Source: Xanthobacteraceae bacterium
GTDB taxonomy: Bacteria > Pseudomonadota > Alphaproteobacteria > Rhizobiales > Xanthobacteraceae
Direction of reading: 5' to 3'
Assembly (NCBI GenBank): GCA_049286035.1
Contig: JBAQBC010000118.1
Location: 5,028 to 69,027, forward strand
Length of the DNA stretch: 64,000 bases
The notes under the pieces are model-generated. The model was not told where the DNA came from. It made no database searches and saw nothing but the letters and a program-made list of their open reading frames with translations. A program made the translations under genes and the position numbers. This document shows positions 1-9,191 of the stretch, piece after piece; the stretch's first letter is position 1, and each line of letters begins with the position of its first letter.

Positions 1-543
1 TTGGGCCGCATTGCGCCGGAAAAGCGGGTCGATCGGGCCATTCGCATCGCCGAACATTGCGGCGTGCCGCTCAAGATCGCTGCCAAAGTCGACAAAGTCG
101 ACCAGGACTACTTCAATGAGCAGATCAAGCCGATGCTGGCCAACGGCAATTGCGAATATATCGGCGAGATCAGCGACCGGGAGAAATCGGAATTCTTAAG
201 CGGCGCGATTGTGCTGTTGGTTCCGATCGATTGGCCGGAGCCGTTCGGCTTGGTCATGATCGAGGCCATGGCCTGCGGCACGCCGGTTATCGCGTTCAAT
301 CGCGGTTCCGCGCCGGAAGTGGTCGAAGACGGTGTAACCGGATTCATTGTCGAGGACGTCAACGGCGCCATCGGCGCGGTCGACCGGCTCGGACATTTGT
401 CGCGCGAAAAGGTCCGGCGTCGCTTCGAGGAGCGGTTCACGGCGCGGCGCATGGCGCAGGATTATTTGAGCGTCTATCGCAGCCTGATGACGGCAACCGC
501 GCCGCATCTGCGGCTGGTCGCGGACGAAGCGCCGGTGCACTAG
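1..543 (+). CDS. glycosyltransferase (GT4 / GT1-clan), C-terminal part; 5' end lies outside the window
   Basis: The ORF is open from the window edge to TAG 541-543. The translation has the retaining-GT C-terminal signature EPFGLVMIEAMACGTPVIAF...GVTGFIV. Confidence 0.85.
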   Translation: MGRIAPEKRVDRAIRIAEHCGVPLKIAAKVDKVDQDYFNEQIKPMLANGNCEYIGEISDREKSEFLSGAIVLLVPIDWPEPFGLVMIEAMACGTPVIAFNRGSAPEVVEDGVTGFIVEDVNGAIGAVDRLGHLSREKVRRRFEERFTARRMAQDYLSVYRSLMTATAPHLRLVADEAPVH

Positions 544-574
544 CTTGGGGTGACTGCGCCGGCGTTGAAAAATC

Positions 575-604
575 CGCTCATTCCCGCGTAAGCGGGAATG
601 AGCG
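575..604. repeat. REP-like perfect hairpin, possible terminator of the glycosyltransferase gene
   Basis: 13-bp stem CGCTCATTCCCGC / GCGGGAATGAGCG with a GTAA loop, about 30 nt after the stop. The ATTCCCGC..GCGGGAAT core is a common alphaproteobacterial REP type (from memory). Confidence 0.55.
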
Positions 605-703
605 TTGTAGGAAAAGCGACATCGAGCCGATCACCGCCATTCACCTCGAGAGACTGACATCAATTACGAGATTGAATCTCCCAGCCTTCTGAGAAACGAA
701 TCC

Positions 704-3700
704 TCATTCTGCTGGTTGCGGCTGGAAAGTGAAACTGTGTGAGAGCGTGCGAATCGGCCGGTTCGCTCGGCCGAACCATGGATAGAGGGCGGGGAGAACC
801 AGCAACGTGAGCAATGTGGCGCTGATCAGGCCACCGATAACGACCGTCGCGAGGGGGCGTTGCACTTCGGCACCCGAGTTCGTCGAAATCGCCATTGGTA
901 AAAAGCCGAGACTGGCTACAGTCGCGGTCATGAGTACCGGCCGTAGCCGCGTCATCGCCGCCTGGCGTGCTGCAGCGGCAGCGCCGAGTCCTGCCGCGCG
1001 CAACTCCTCCATGTAGCTCACCATTACCACGCCGTTCAGGATGGCGATGCCGAACAGCGCGATGAAACCAACCGCGGCCGAGATGCTGAATGGCATGCCG
1101 CGCACCGCGAGCGCGAAGATTCCTCCGATCGCGGCAAAGGGCACGTTGAAGAAGATCAACGTAGCTAGCGGCGCGCTGCCGAACATCAGGTAGAGCAATA
1201 CGAAGATGACGGAGAGCGCCACCGGCACGACGCCCGACAGCCGTGCCATGGCATCCTGCAGGTCCTGAAAGCTCCCGCCCCAGGAAACAGTATAACCAGG
1301 GGGCAGGCGAACGTGGTCAGTCACCGCCTGCTGCGCATCGCTTACGAAGCCGGCAAGCGGCCGTTCGCGCACATTGGCCTGCACCGTGACGACCCGCTTG
1401 CCCTCCGCGCGCTCAATCTGGCTTGGGCCGGGTTCCCACCGAATATCGGCCAGTTCGCCGAGAGGGACCGAAGCGCCCGCGCCGTTGCTGACGCGCAGCG
1501 CCTGGATTTGGGCGACGCTGTCGCGATCCTGCGGGGTGAGTCTGACGCGGATATTGTACTGTTCGTCGCCGTCTTTCATGGTGCCAACGGTGCGGCCGCC
1601 GAGTGCTTCGACGAGATCGAGCACTTGGGTCGCATTGAACCCGTGGCGTGCAATCGCGTCGCGATTGACAATGACCCGGAGATACGGCTGCCCCACCGTT
1701 TGTTGCACCTCCACATCAGCGGCGCCTGGAACGCTAGACACCACATGCGCCACTTGCTGGGCGAGGTTGTGCAGCGTCGCCGGGTCGGTGCCATGAATGA
1801 CGATCGCGAGATCTGCCATCACACCGTGCAGCAGGTCGTCCATACGCATTTCGATCGGTTGCGCCCAGCTTTGCGTAATGCCGGGCACGTTCTGATCCAG
1901 AGCCTTGGTATAGGCGGCGATCAGCCCGGCCTCGGTCTGCGCCGTACGCCATTCCGATTTCGGCTTGAGAATGATGAAGGTGTCGCTTTGCTCGACCCCC
2001 ATTGGGTCGGTTGGGATCTCTGAGCTGCCGCCGAGCGTAACGGTGGTCGCGACCTCCGGGAATTGCATCAGCGTCTTCTCCACCATGGTCTGAGTGTCGA
2101 TCGCGGATTCGAGTGAGATGCCGGGTAGTTTGGTGGTGGTAACGGTGAGCGCGCCCTCCTCTAGGCGAGGCAAGAACTCCGCGCCGATGCGGGAGCCGAT
2201 GGCCAGGGCGCTTGCCAGCATCACGGTCGCTACCAGGATCGTAGTCCCAGGATGGCGCATTGCCCTCGCGAGCAACGGCACGTAACCGCGGCGCGCAAGG
2301 CCGATGATTCGGCTTTCCCGCTCCGCAACAGGCTTGCGCAGCAAAAAGGTCGCGAGCACCGGCATCAGTGTGAGTGTCAGCGCTAGCGAGGCAACCAGCG
2401 CGAATATCACAGTCAATGCCATTGGGCGGAACATCTTGCCCTCAACGCCCTGCAGGCTGAGGATCGGCAGATAAATCAGCGTGATGATTGCGACGCCGAA
2501 GGTGATCGGTCGCGCCACCTCATGCGCTGCTTCGCGCACCACCTCGGGCACAGGGTGGTGAGGCGCCGCGGCGCGGCGACGCACCACGTTTTCGATCATG
2601 ACCACAGCGCCGTCTACAAGCAGGCCGAAATCGATTGCGCCGAGACTCATCAGGTTACCCGAGAGATGGGCGAAATACATTGCCGTAACTGCCGCGAGCA
2701 TTGAAAGGGGGATGGCGAGCGAAACGATCAAACCCGCACGGAAATTTCCCAGCAGCAAGAAGAGCACGAAAATGACGAGGAACGCACCTTCGGCTAGGTT
2801 GTGGGCGACGGTCTGCAACACGCGATTAATGAGATCGGCGCGATTGTAGTAGGGAACGACGCTCACTCCGGGCGGGAGCGTTCTGTTGATCTGCTGCACG
2901 GCGGTTGCGAGGCGCTGCGCGACGACGCGCGTGTTCTCGCCCAGCGTCATCAATGCGACGCCTACGACGGTCTGCCCTCTGCCATCGCTGGTGACCGCGC
3001 CGAGCCGCGGCATCGGAGCCTCGAGAACAGTGGCGATGTCCTTGATGTATAGCGCCACACCGCCAGGTCCGGTACGCAGGACGATGTCGCCGATATCGGC
3101 GATCGATTGTAGCAATCCTTCGCCACGGATCACGGCCTGCTCGCCATTCCGAGCAATCGTCGCACCGCCAGCGGCTCGGTTGTTCTGCGACACGGCGTTA
3201 TAGATGTCGTCGATGGACAGGCCGAAGCGCATCAATGCGCTATTCGAGACGCGTACTTCATAAGTTTTGAGTTCGCCGCCATTTACGTTAACGTCGGTAA
3301 CGCCTGGGATCTGCTTGATCTGGGGTGCGATCTGCCAATCCAGGATCGAGCGCAACTGCATGAGCGAGTAGTTTTTGCCCTCCACTCTGAACTGATAGAT
3401 CTCGCTGAGGCCATCGGAGAGCGGGCCGAGCAGGGGCGTGCCGGCGCCTGCTGGCAGCGCCGTCTGGCTCAGGCGCTGTGCGACAACTGCACGGTCGGTC
3501 AGAATATCCCCGCCGTCGGCAAACTTCACGTAGATAACCGAGAGACCGTATCTCGAGATCGAGCGGTAGCTTGTCATGCCCGGTAGACCCTGCAAGGCCA
3601 GTTCGATCGGCGTGGTAATCGAACGTTCCACGTCCAATGGCGCGAGTCCTGGTGCTTGGGTGCTGACCAACACCTGAAGCGGCGAGATGTCAGGATCGGC

Positions 3701-3832
3701 GTCAAATGGCAGGCGCTGTATGCTCAGCAGACCGGCAGCAATAAGCGCCGCGATAAGAACGAGTATGACCGCGCGGTTGCCAAGTGCGAAATCGACAATT
3801 TTGCTTATCATGAGAGCACCATCAACCTTCAC
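704..3832 (-). CDS. czcA: heavy-metal efflux RND pump, CzcA-like (HME-RND)
   Basis: 1042-aa ORF with RND architecture. The TM4 motif DFGLLVDGAVVMIEN fits the divalent-cation DFG-DGA-VEN signature rather than the CusA AIG-DAA type. Alternative start at ATG 3811 (MISKIVDF). Confidence 0.9.
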   Translation of the reverse strand: MKVDGALMISKIVDFALGNRAVILVLIAALIAAGLLSIQRLPFDADPDISPLQVLVSTQAPGLAPLDVERSITTPIELALQGLPGMTSYRSISRYGLSVIYVKFADGGDILTDRAVVAQRLSQTALPAGAGTPLLGPLSDGLSEIYQFRVEGKNYSLMQLRSILDWQIAPQIKQIPGVTDVNVNGGELKTYEVRVSNSALMRFGLSIDDIYNAVSQNNRAAGGATIARNGEQAVIRGEGLLQSIADIGDIVLRTGPGGVALYIKDIATVLEAPMPRLGAVTSDGRGQTVVGVALMTLGENTRVVAQRLATAVQQINRTLPPGVSVVPYYNRADLINRVLQTVAHNLAEGAFLVIFVLFLLLGNFRAGLIVSLAIPLSMLAAVTAMYFAHLSGNLMSLGAIDFGLLVDGAVVMIENVVRRRAAAPHHPVPEVVREAAHEVARPITFGVAIITLIYLPILSLQGVEGKMFRPMALTVIFALVASLALTLTLMPVLATFLLRKPVAERESRIIGLARRGYVPLLARAMRHPGTTILVATVMLASALAIGSRIGAEFLPRLEEGALTVTTTKLPGISLESAIDTQTMVEKTLMQFPEVATTVTLGGSSEIPTDPMGVEQSDTFIILKPKSEWRTAQTEAGLIAAYTKALDQNVPGITQSWAQPIEMRMDDLLHGVMADLAIVIHGTDPATLHNLAQQVAHVVSSVPGAADVEVQQTVGQPYLRVIVNRDAIARHGFNATQVLDLVEALGGRTVGTMKDGDEQYNIRVRLTPQDRDSVAQIQALRVSNGAGASVPLGELADIRWEPGPSQIERAEGKRVVTVQANVRERPLAGFVSDAQQAVTDHVRLPPGYTVSWGGSFQDLQDAMARLSGVVPVALSVIFVLLYLMFGSAPLATLIFFNVPFAAIGGIFALAVRGMPFSISAAVGFIALFGIAILNGVVMVSYMEELRAAGLGAAAAARQAAMTRLRPVLMTATVASLGFLPMAISTNSGAEVQRPLATVVIGGLISATLLTLLVLPALYPWFGRANRPIRTLSHSFTFQPQPAE

Positions 3833-5207
3833 TGGGGATGGTGGACTGGGTTAGCGCTGCCTTGAGCCAATAGCTTCCGTCGGCGACGACCGGCGTGTCG
3901 GCCGCGAGTCCATTGGTGATTTGGGTCTGGCCGTTCGCGACCAGACCGGTATGAACTGCGCGCCAAGCGAATTGGCCGTGTCCTGTCGGCATGAACACGA
4001 CGCTCTGCCCATTGACGTCCTGAACCGCACTGCTCGGCACCAGGATTGCGTCGCCCCCCTGCGGTGACATGATGGTTGCGGTCGCAAACATGTTGACACG
4101 CAGCGCACCGTCCGGATTTGCGACCTCGCAGCGTACTTTGGCCGTGCCGGTCGTTGTCTCAAGCTGATCGGAAATGTAGGTCACGCGACCGGCAAAGACT
4201 CGTTCGGGAAACGCGCTTACCCTCACCTGCGCTGTATCTTCGACCTGCACCGCGCCGAGATCTTGCTCCGCCACCTCGGCCTCGACCCAGACTGTTGAAA
4301 GATCGGCAACGGTAAAACTCGGTGTCGACGGATCGACCACGTCTCCTAGTGCGACCGCGACGGAATCAACCACGCCGGCAAACGGCGCGACGATAGCGCC
4401 GCGGGCATCGAGCGGTGCCTGGTCGGTGGGAGAACCCGCGTCCGGGTTCTGAGCGGCTACAGGCAAGAGCCGCGCCTCCTCTTGCTGGTATTGCCGCAGC
4501 TCGGCTTCCTGGGTGCGAAGTTCAGCTTCCGCGCTCGCCGCTGCGGCCCGAATGGCATCGACCTCGCGCTGTGCAATACCGCCGGTGCGGATCAGATTCG
4601 TCGCACGATCGAAATCAGCATTTGCGGTGGCGAGCCGGACCTTGGCTTGATTCACTGCTGCTTCGGCGCTGGCCACCTTGCTCTGGGCCGCACTGAGTTC
4701 GAAATTGTCGAGAATTGCGAGCCGCTGACCCGCGGTCACCCGATCTCCAACCGTCACGTCCAGCGACTCGATCCGGCCGCGCGCTGGTGGCTTGATACGA
4801 GCAAGGTGCAGCAAATCGTATCCGACGCTGCCAGTCGCCGATACCGCCCGCACTAACGGTCCCATTTTCGCTTTGTCGACCTGCAATTGCAGATTCGCTG
4901 ATTCTGCGTCGGACAGAGCAATGGTCGTGGGCAGTCCCGGATCAGCTGTCGCGACCGCGGGAACGGTCGGAGGCACGCGATGCGAAGCTGAAGAGAACGA
5001 ATGTCCCGCCGCGAATCCAAGACCTGCAGCTACGACGGCCGCCGCGAGGCCGAAAAGCAAACAGCGATTTATTACCAAAACTTTCCGAAAAAGAGGCAAT
5101 TGCTGACGGCCATTCCGAGACCGTGCATCCAAATCGGCAATCACAATGTCTTGCGAGTCCAGCTTCTTCGCCGGAGTTAGTCGGGATGGCTCCAAGCTGA
5201 CGGTCAT
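3822..5207 (-). CDS. czcB: efflux RND periplasmic adaptor (HlyD/CzcB family)
   Basis: 461-aa ORF that overlaps the pump start. It has an N-terminal TM anchor and long coiled-coil segments (AAQSKVASAEAAVNQAKVRLATANADF..., AELRTQEAELRQYQQE). SD GGAG precedes ATG 5207. Confidence 0.85.
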   Translation of the reverse strand: MTVSLEPSRLTPAKKLDSQDIVIADLDARSRNGRQQLPLFRKVLVINRCLLFGLAAAVVAAGLGFAAGHSFSSASHRVPPTVPAVATADPGLPTTIALSDAESANLQLQVDKAKMGPLVRAVSATGSVGYDLLHLARIKPPARGRIESLDVTVGDRVTAGQRLAILDNFELSAAQSKVASAEAAVNQAKVRLATANADFDRATNLIRTGGIAQREVDAIRAAAASAEAELRTQEAELRQYQQEEARLLPVAAQNPDAGSPTDQAPLDARGAIVAPFAGVVDSVAVALGDVVDPSTPSFTVADLSTVWVEAEVAEQDLGAVQVEDTAQVRVSAFPERVFAGRVTYISDQLETTTGTAKVRCEVANPDGALRVNMFATATIMSPQGGDAILVPSSAVQDVNGQSVVFMPTGHGQFAWRAVHTGLVANGQTQITNGLAADTPVVADGSYWLKAALTQSTIPSEG

Positions 5208-5361
5208 CCTGGATCTCCAATTTACCGCTCTAAATAATGACGAGGCGAATAGTGGAGCGATAACTGCTCATCCACCGCTGGTCATAACTTCAGATCTGTA
5301 CCGGCAAAAATAGGTCTCAGGTTTTTGGCAGCTGCGTTCGTGAAATCAGAATAATCGGCGG

Positions 5362-5787
5362 TCAGTTTTTGGCGGTGTAGTCTGGCTGCAATTGCTGCTC
5401 CGCACGGCGAGCTGCCAAAAGGCACTCGTCATTGTTCCCTTCCGCGTCTTGAGCCTCGGCCAGCGCCAGGTCAGCAGCGAACATCAACTGCGCGTAGCTC
5501 CGAGCTTGCCATACCGTCTCTGGTGTTGCTTGGTGATTACGAAGCGCGCTCTGTCGCAACTCTGCGATTTGCTCGGAGCAAGAGGCAGCGTGTGCCGGCC
5601 CTGTTGTCACACTCGTAGCGGCAAAGGGGTCATGCCCGATTCCAGCGTCCCGCCCGTCGCCATCGTTTGCAAAATGGGACGACAACTCGTGGCCAGTGCC
5701 GTGGCTTGAGCTGAACGAGAACGCTTGAGAATTGAGACCAAATACCGCGATCGCAGCCGCCAAGATAAGCTTTGATTTCTTTGACAT
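5362..5787 (-). CDS. small secreted hypothetical protein with a His-rich mature N-terminus
   Basis: Internal ATG 5787 is preceded by GGAGAA. Signal peptide MSKKSKLILAAAIAVFGLNSQAFS, followed by SSHGTGHELSSHF..GHD. I recognise no family. Same strand as czcBA and upstream of it. Confidence 0.55.
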   Translation of the reverse strand: MSKKSKLILAAAIAVFGLNSQAFSFSSSHGTGHELSSHFANDGDGRDAGIGHDPFAATSVTTGPAHAASCSEQIAELRQSALRNHQATPETVWQARSYAQLMFAADLALAEAQDAEGNNDECLLAARRAEQQLQPDYTAKN

Positions 5788-6118
5788 CCTTTTCTCCTGG
5801 GTTAGAGGCGGACGCCGAAGGATTCGTGCCGGAGGGCGAAGCCTTCGCGCCCAGGAGATATTGCGGCCCCCAAAATCATTAATTGCCAAACTGCGAAAGG
5901 ACCGTTCGCAGTTGCTGAATGATCTCAAATCAATCGGATAGCGGACAGAAACGAAACATTGCCGCCAAAGTGCCTGCTCTGCCGCGATCTCTGCCTCAGC
6001 AAGTTAGGAGCATGAGCATGCTGAAAGTCGAGAAGATTAATCCTCCCCTCAATCCGTTGCGAGCGAATGCTCCACCGCGATACAATTGTTCGGTCACAGC
6101 AGCACCAAGAGGCGAGCC

Positions 6119-7042
6119 TTGGACCGCGTCTCATCAATGCTATCGTTCGTCAAAGTGGTCGAACACGGCGGGTTTTCTTCGGCGGCCCGACGACTCAATC
6201 TCGCAACGAGCGTTGTCACCACTCATGTCAAATCGCTCGAAGAGCGGCTGGGTGTGCGTCTGCTCAACCGCACGACGCGCAACGTCAGCTTAACTGAAGC
6301 AGGCCGAGAGTATTACGAACGCTGTGTCCAGATTCTTTCCGAGATTGAAAATGCTGAAGAAGCCGCCCAGGTGCTGCAATCGAAGCCCCGAGGAATTCTA
6401 CGGCTCAATACGTCGCCTGCCATACCCGCGGTGATCGCTTCGTCGATTGCCGAGTACAATGACCTTTATCCCGACGTGACAATTCATCTTACCGCAACCA
6501 GTCGCATGCTTGACCTCGTGGAGGAAGGATTCGACTTGGCAATTTGGTACGCTGCCGCTCCGGTCGCCAACTTGATTATCCGTCGCCTCGCTTCCTATCG
6601 CATGGTGATTTGCGCTTCTCCGCAATACCTCGCGAAACACGGGCGGCCGAAGCATCCCTCCGAGCTAACCAAGCATAACTCCGTGATCTTCTACGACGCC
6701 ACTTTGGCCAAGCAGGGCAGGGAATGGACATTCACGGGTTCGAAGGGCGACTTTCAAGTAAAGTTCTCGGGAAATTTGGAGACCAACAGCCCAATCGCTT
6801 TCCGTGCAGCAGCCCTTCACGGTCAGGGTGTCATCATAACGCCGGCACCACTAGTGATTGATGATTTGAAATCGGGCGCTCTGGTCGCTGTTCTCAGCGA
6901 CTTTCTGCCAAAGCAATTTTCGATCGACGCGCTGTATCCTCACCGCGAGCATTTGCCGGCAAAGGTGCGAACGTTCATCGACGTCCTGGCAAGGAATTTC
7001 CGCCAGACTGATTGGGATGCCATGGCGCATGAAGGTGAATGA
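6119..7042 (+). CDS. LysR-family transcriptional regulator
   Basis: N-terminal HTH LDRVSSMLSFVKVVEHGGFSSAARRLNLATSVVTTHVKSLEERLGVRLLNRTTR. TTG 6119 with an AGAGG SD fits the canonical LysR N-terminus. ATG 6137 is an alternative start. Confidence 0.85.
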   Translation: MDRVSSMLSFVKVVEHGGFSSAARRLNLATSVVTTHVKSLEERLGVRLLNRTTRNVSLTEAGREYYERCVQILSEIENAEEAAQVLQSKPRGILRLNTSPAIPAVIASSIAEYNDLYPDVTIHLTATSRMLDLVEEGFDLAIWYAAAPVANLIIRRLASYRMVICASPQYLAKHGRPKHPSELTKHNSVIFYDATLAKQGREWTFTGSKGDFQVKFSGNLETNSPIAFRAAALHGQGVIITPAPLVIDDLKSGALVAVLSDFLPKQFSIDALYPHREHLPAKVRTFIDVLARNFRQTDWDAMAHEGE

Positions 7043-7118
7043 TCTGGCGAGCTGGCCGGCGCATAGGTGGAATTAAAGTATCGGGATTAAGTCGGCCTTG
7101 CATTGGGTAGTCGATTTC

Positions 7119-7216
7119 AGCTTTGGGTCACAAGCGGACATGACGATAATGCGGCGGGATGTCCGCTTTGCCACCAAAAGCGGAAATTGCGAGCGCTTTT
7201 ACGAGTACATGCCCTA
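7119..7216 (+). repeat. structured dispersed repeat, copy A (long form, near-duplicate of copy E)
   Basis: GCTTTGGGTCACAAGCGGACATGACGATAATGCGGCGGGATGTCCGCTTTGCCACCAAAAGCGGA...TACATGCCCTAG. It contains the hairpin TCCGCTTT/AAAGCGGA and aligns almost base for base with 22529-22629. Its last 3 nt are the MFS stop codon. Confidence 0.8.
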
Positions 7217-8551
7217 GGCTTCACTCGGTTTGACTGGCCGGGTTTCCGGCATCAAAAACCAGACCAGCGTAAAGCCGGCGAGCGCGACGGTGGCCAGACT
7301 GCCGAAAGCCGTCGCGCTGCCGAAACGATCGGTCAAATAACCTGCCAATGTCGCGCTCAGCGCCGCTCCGATTCCGGTGGCGGTGCCGAGAATGCCCTGT
7401 CCCAGGTTGAAATGGCCGGTGTCGCGCGTGAGGTCAGCGACCACAAGCGGGACCATGACCGCGAACACTGACGCCGTTATCCCGTCGAGAATCTGCACGG
7501 CCAACAGCAGCGACGGGTCGGAGATAAGAGCAAATAACAGCCCGCGGATCGGCAGCGCGGCAAAGCCGATCAGAAGCAGCGGCCGCCGTCCCCAGATTTG
7601 CGCGCGCATCCCGACCCATGGTGAGAGAATCGCCACCACAAGCTGCGGCACCACGATACAGGCGGCGATGATCAGTGTGGCCCAGCGCGCCGATTTCATC
7701 GTCACGACGCTGCCGACCAGCGGCAGCATTGCCGAATTGGCGAGATGAAATAAAAGCAGGCATCCGGCGAAGATCAGAAGCGGCCGGTTGCGCATCAGCG
7801 CTCCGGGCCGGATCCGTGCCTTGGTCGTGATGTGACGCGGCGGTGCGCAATGCGCCCGCTCCGGATCGATTTCGCCTTCGGCGATGCGCCGCAGCGCGAA
7901 CAGCGCTGGAACGAGCAACAGCACCGTGACGACGAACACCGCGCGCGCCGAAAGGAAGTAGCCGCATGCCCCCATCGCCGCGGCGGCGAGCCCATTGCCG
8001 ATCGAGGCAAAGCGGGCGTTGCGGCCGAGCCGTTCGCCGATGGCGGCATGGCCCACGAGACCAAGACTGATCGCGGCGATCGCGGGTCCGAGCACGCAGC
8101 TGGCGGCCGCGTGCAGGAGCGATCCGGCCAACACCGTGGGGAAAATCGGCAGCGCGGCATAAGTGAGCGCGCTGACGCAGATCGCCGCGATCGCGATGCC
8201 GGCGACGAAACGCTCGGACCGCGCGGCATCCACCAGGGCGCCGCCCGGCATTTGCCCGATCAGTGAAACAAATCCTGCGGCGGAGAGAATGAAGCCGATG
8301 TCGACCTGGGTCCAGTGCTGTGCGGTGAGATAAACCGAAACGAAAGGACCGAAGCCGGTCTGCACGTCGGCGACAAAAAACACAAACCAGTCGAGGCCCC
8401 GTAAGCTTCGGCGCGACGGCGCCGGTGGCTCGCCGCCGAGCCCCGGCCCGGTCGCCGCCGTGACTGCGGGCGAACGGGCGGGCGGCGGCGGGCGCTCAGC
8501 GATACGGCGGGAAAGATTTGAGCGCAGGATGCCTCTCCACCAATCGTCCAC
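7214..8551 (-). CDS. MFS transporter
   Basis: 445-aa ORF with about 12 hydrophobic segments and an MFS loop motif (GALVDAARSERF). Confidence 0.8.
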   Translation of the reverse strand: MDDWWRGILRSNLSRRIAERPPPPARSPAVTAATGPGLGGEPPAPSRRSLRGLDWFVFFVADVQTGFGPFVSVYLTAQHWTQVDIGFILSAAGFVSLIGQMPGGALVDAARSERFVAGIAIAAICVSALTYAALPIFPTVLAGSLLHAAASCVLGPAIAAISLGLVGHAAIGERLGRNARFASIGNGLAAAAMGACGYFLSARAVFVVTVLLLVPALFALRRIAEGEIDPERAHCAPPRHITTKARIRPGALMRNRPLLIFAGCLLLFHLANSAMLPLVGSVVTMKSARWATLIIAACIVVPQLVVAILSPWVGMRAQIWGRRPLLLIGFAALPIRGLLFALISDPSLLLAVQILDGITASVFAVMVPLVVADLTRDTGHFNLGQGILGTATGIGAALSATLAGYLTDRFGSATAFGSLATVALAGFTLVWFLMPETRPVKPSEA

Positions 8552-8593
8552 GAACTCGCAGTTCGATTTCGCGCGCGCATAAAAGCGCGCGCG

Positions 8594-9082
8594 TCACTCA
8601 AACGGCAGTGGCTCGAGCTTGCCGAGCGCACCCAGAATGACGATGGGTTTGCCCTCTTGATATTCGGGGGCCGCCTTGACCTGATCGCGGGTAAGATCAA
8701 GGGAGATTTTGGCATTTGACTGACCGGGCGGCGGAAAGTGCAAGGCGCCCCAATCCACCGCGATTTTGCGGCTGCCGACGCCAAGAAAGCCACCGAAATC
8801 GATCACTGCGGCGCGAACCCGGCCGCCGTGATCGACGATCACGTCGACGATGCGGCCCATATTTTCGTCGGCGGCGCCGAGCACTTGCCGGCCGAGAATA
8901 CCCTCGACTTCGTGGTTGTTGAGCACCGTCACCGAAGGTGGTTCGGCGGTCCCGGTCGAGGCGTGATCGGTAGACTCGCCGGTCCCCGGTCCCGGCGCGT
9001 CCTCCGACGCCGCGGATAAATTGATCAGCGCGGCGAACAAAGCCGCGGCCACCGTCATCGTCATCGGTCCTTTGGCGTGCAT
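8594..9082 (-). CDS. secreted PRC-barrel domain protein
   Basis: Signal peptide MTMTVAAALFAALINLSAA, then a PRC-barrel-like core (VLGAADENMGRIVDVIVDHGGRVRAAVIDFGGFLGVGSRKIAV). Confidence 0.7.
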   Translation of the reverse strand: MHAKGPMTMTVAAALFAALINLSAASEDAPGPGTGESTDHASTGTAEPPSVTVLNNHEVEGILGRQVLGAADENMGRIVDVIVDHGGRVRAAVIDFGGFLGVGSRKIAVDWGALHFPPPGQSNAKISLDLTRDQVKAAPEYQEGKPIVILGALGKLEPLPFE

Positions 9083-9191
9083 CGGGGTTCCAATGGAATT
9101 TCAATCAAACAAACCGGATGGGGTCGGTCGGTTCCGCGGGCCGGTTCCATAATAGGGGCGGGCGTCACTGCTTGGGCTCAACGCGTTGAGA

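Noticed and set aside
7103-7471. ORFs reading through the repeat family, giving peptides such as ...GHDDNAAGCPLCHQKRK... and MSALPPKA(D/E)I. The same occurs at 19283-19513, 20352-20585, 21512-21847 and 22428-22712.
   Set aside because: The similarity between copies is at the DNA and hairpin level and crosses frames. The ORFs continue into antisense of real genes. They are better explained as non-coding repeats.
9177-9190. Palindrome CTCAACGCGTTGAG next to the glucosidase stop, as a possible terminator.
   Set aside because: It forms only a 5-bp stem once a loop is allowed, and there is no U-tract. It is too weak to call.
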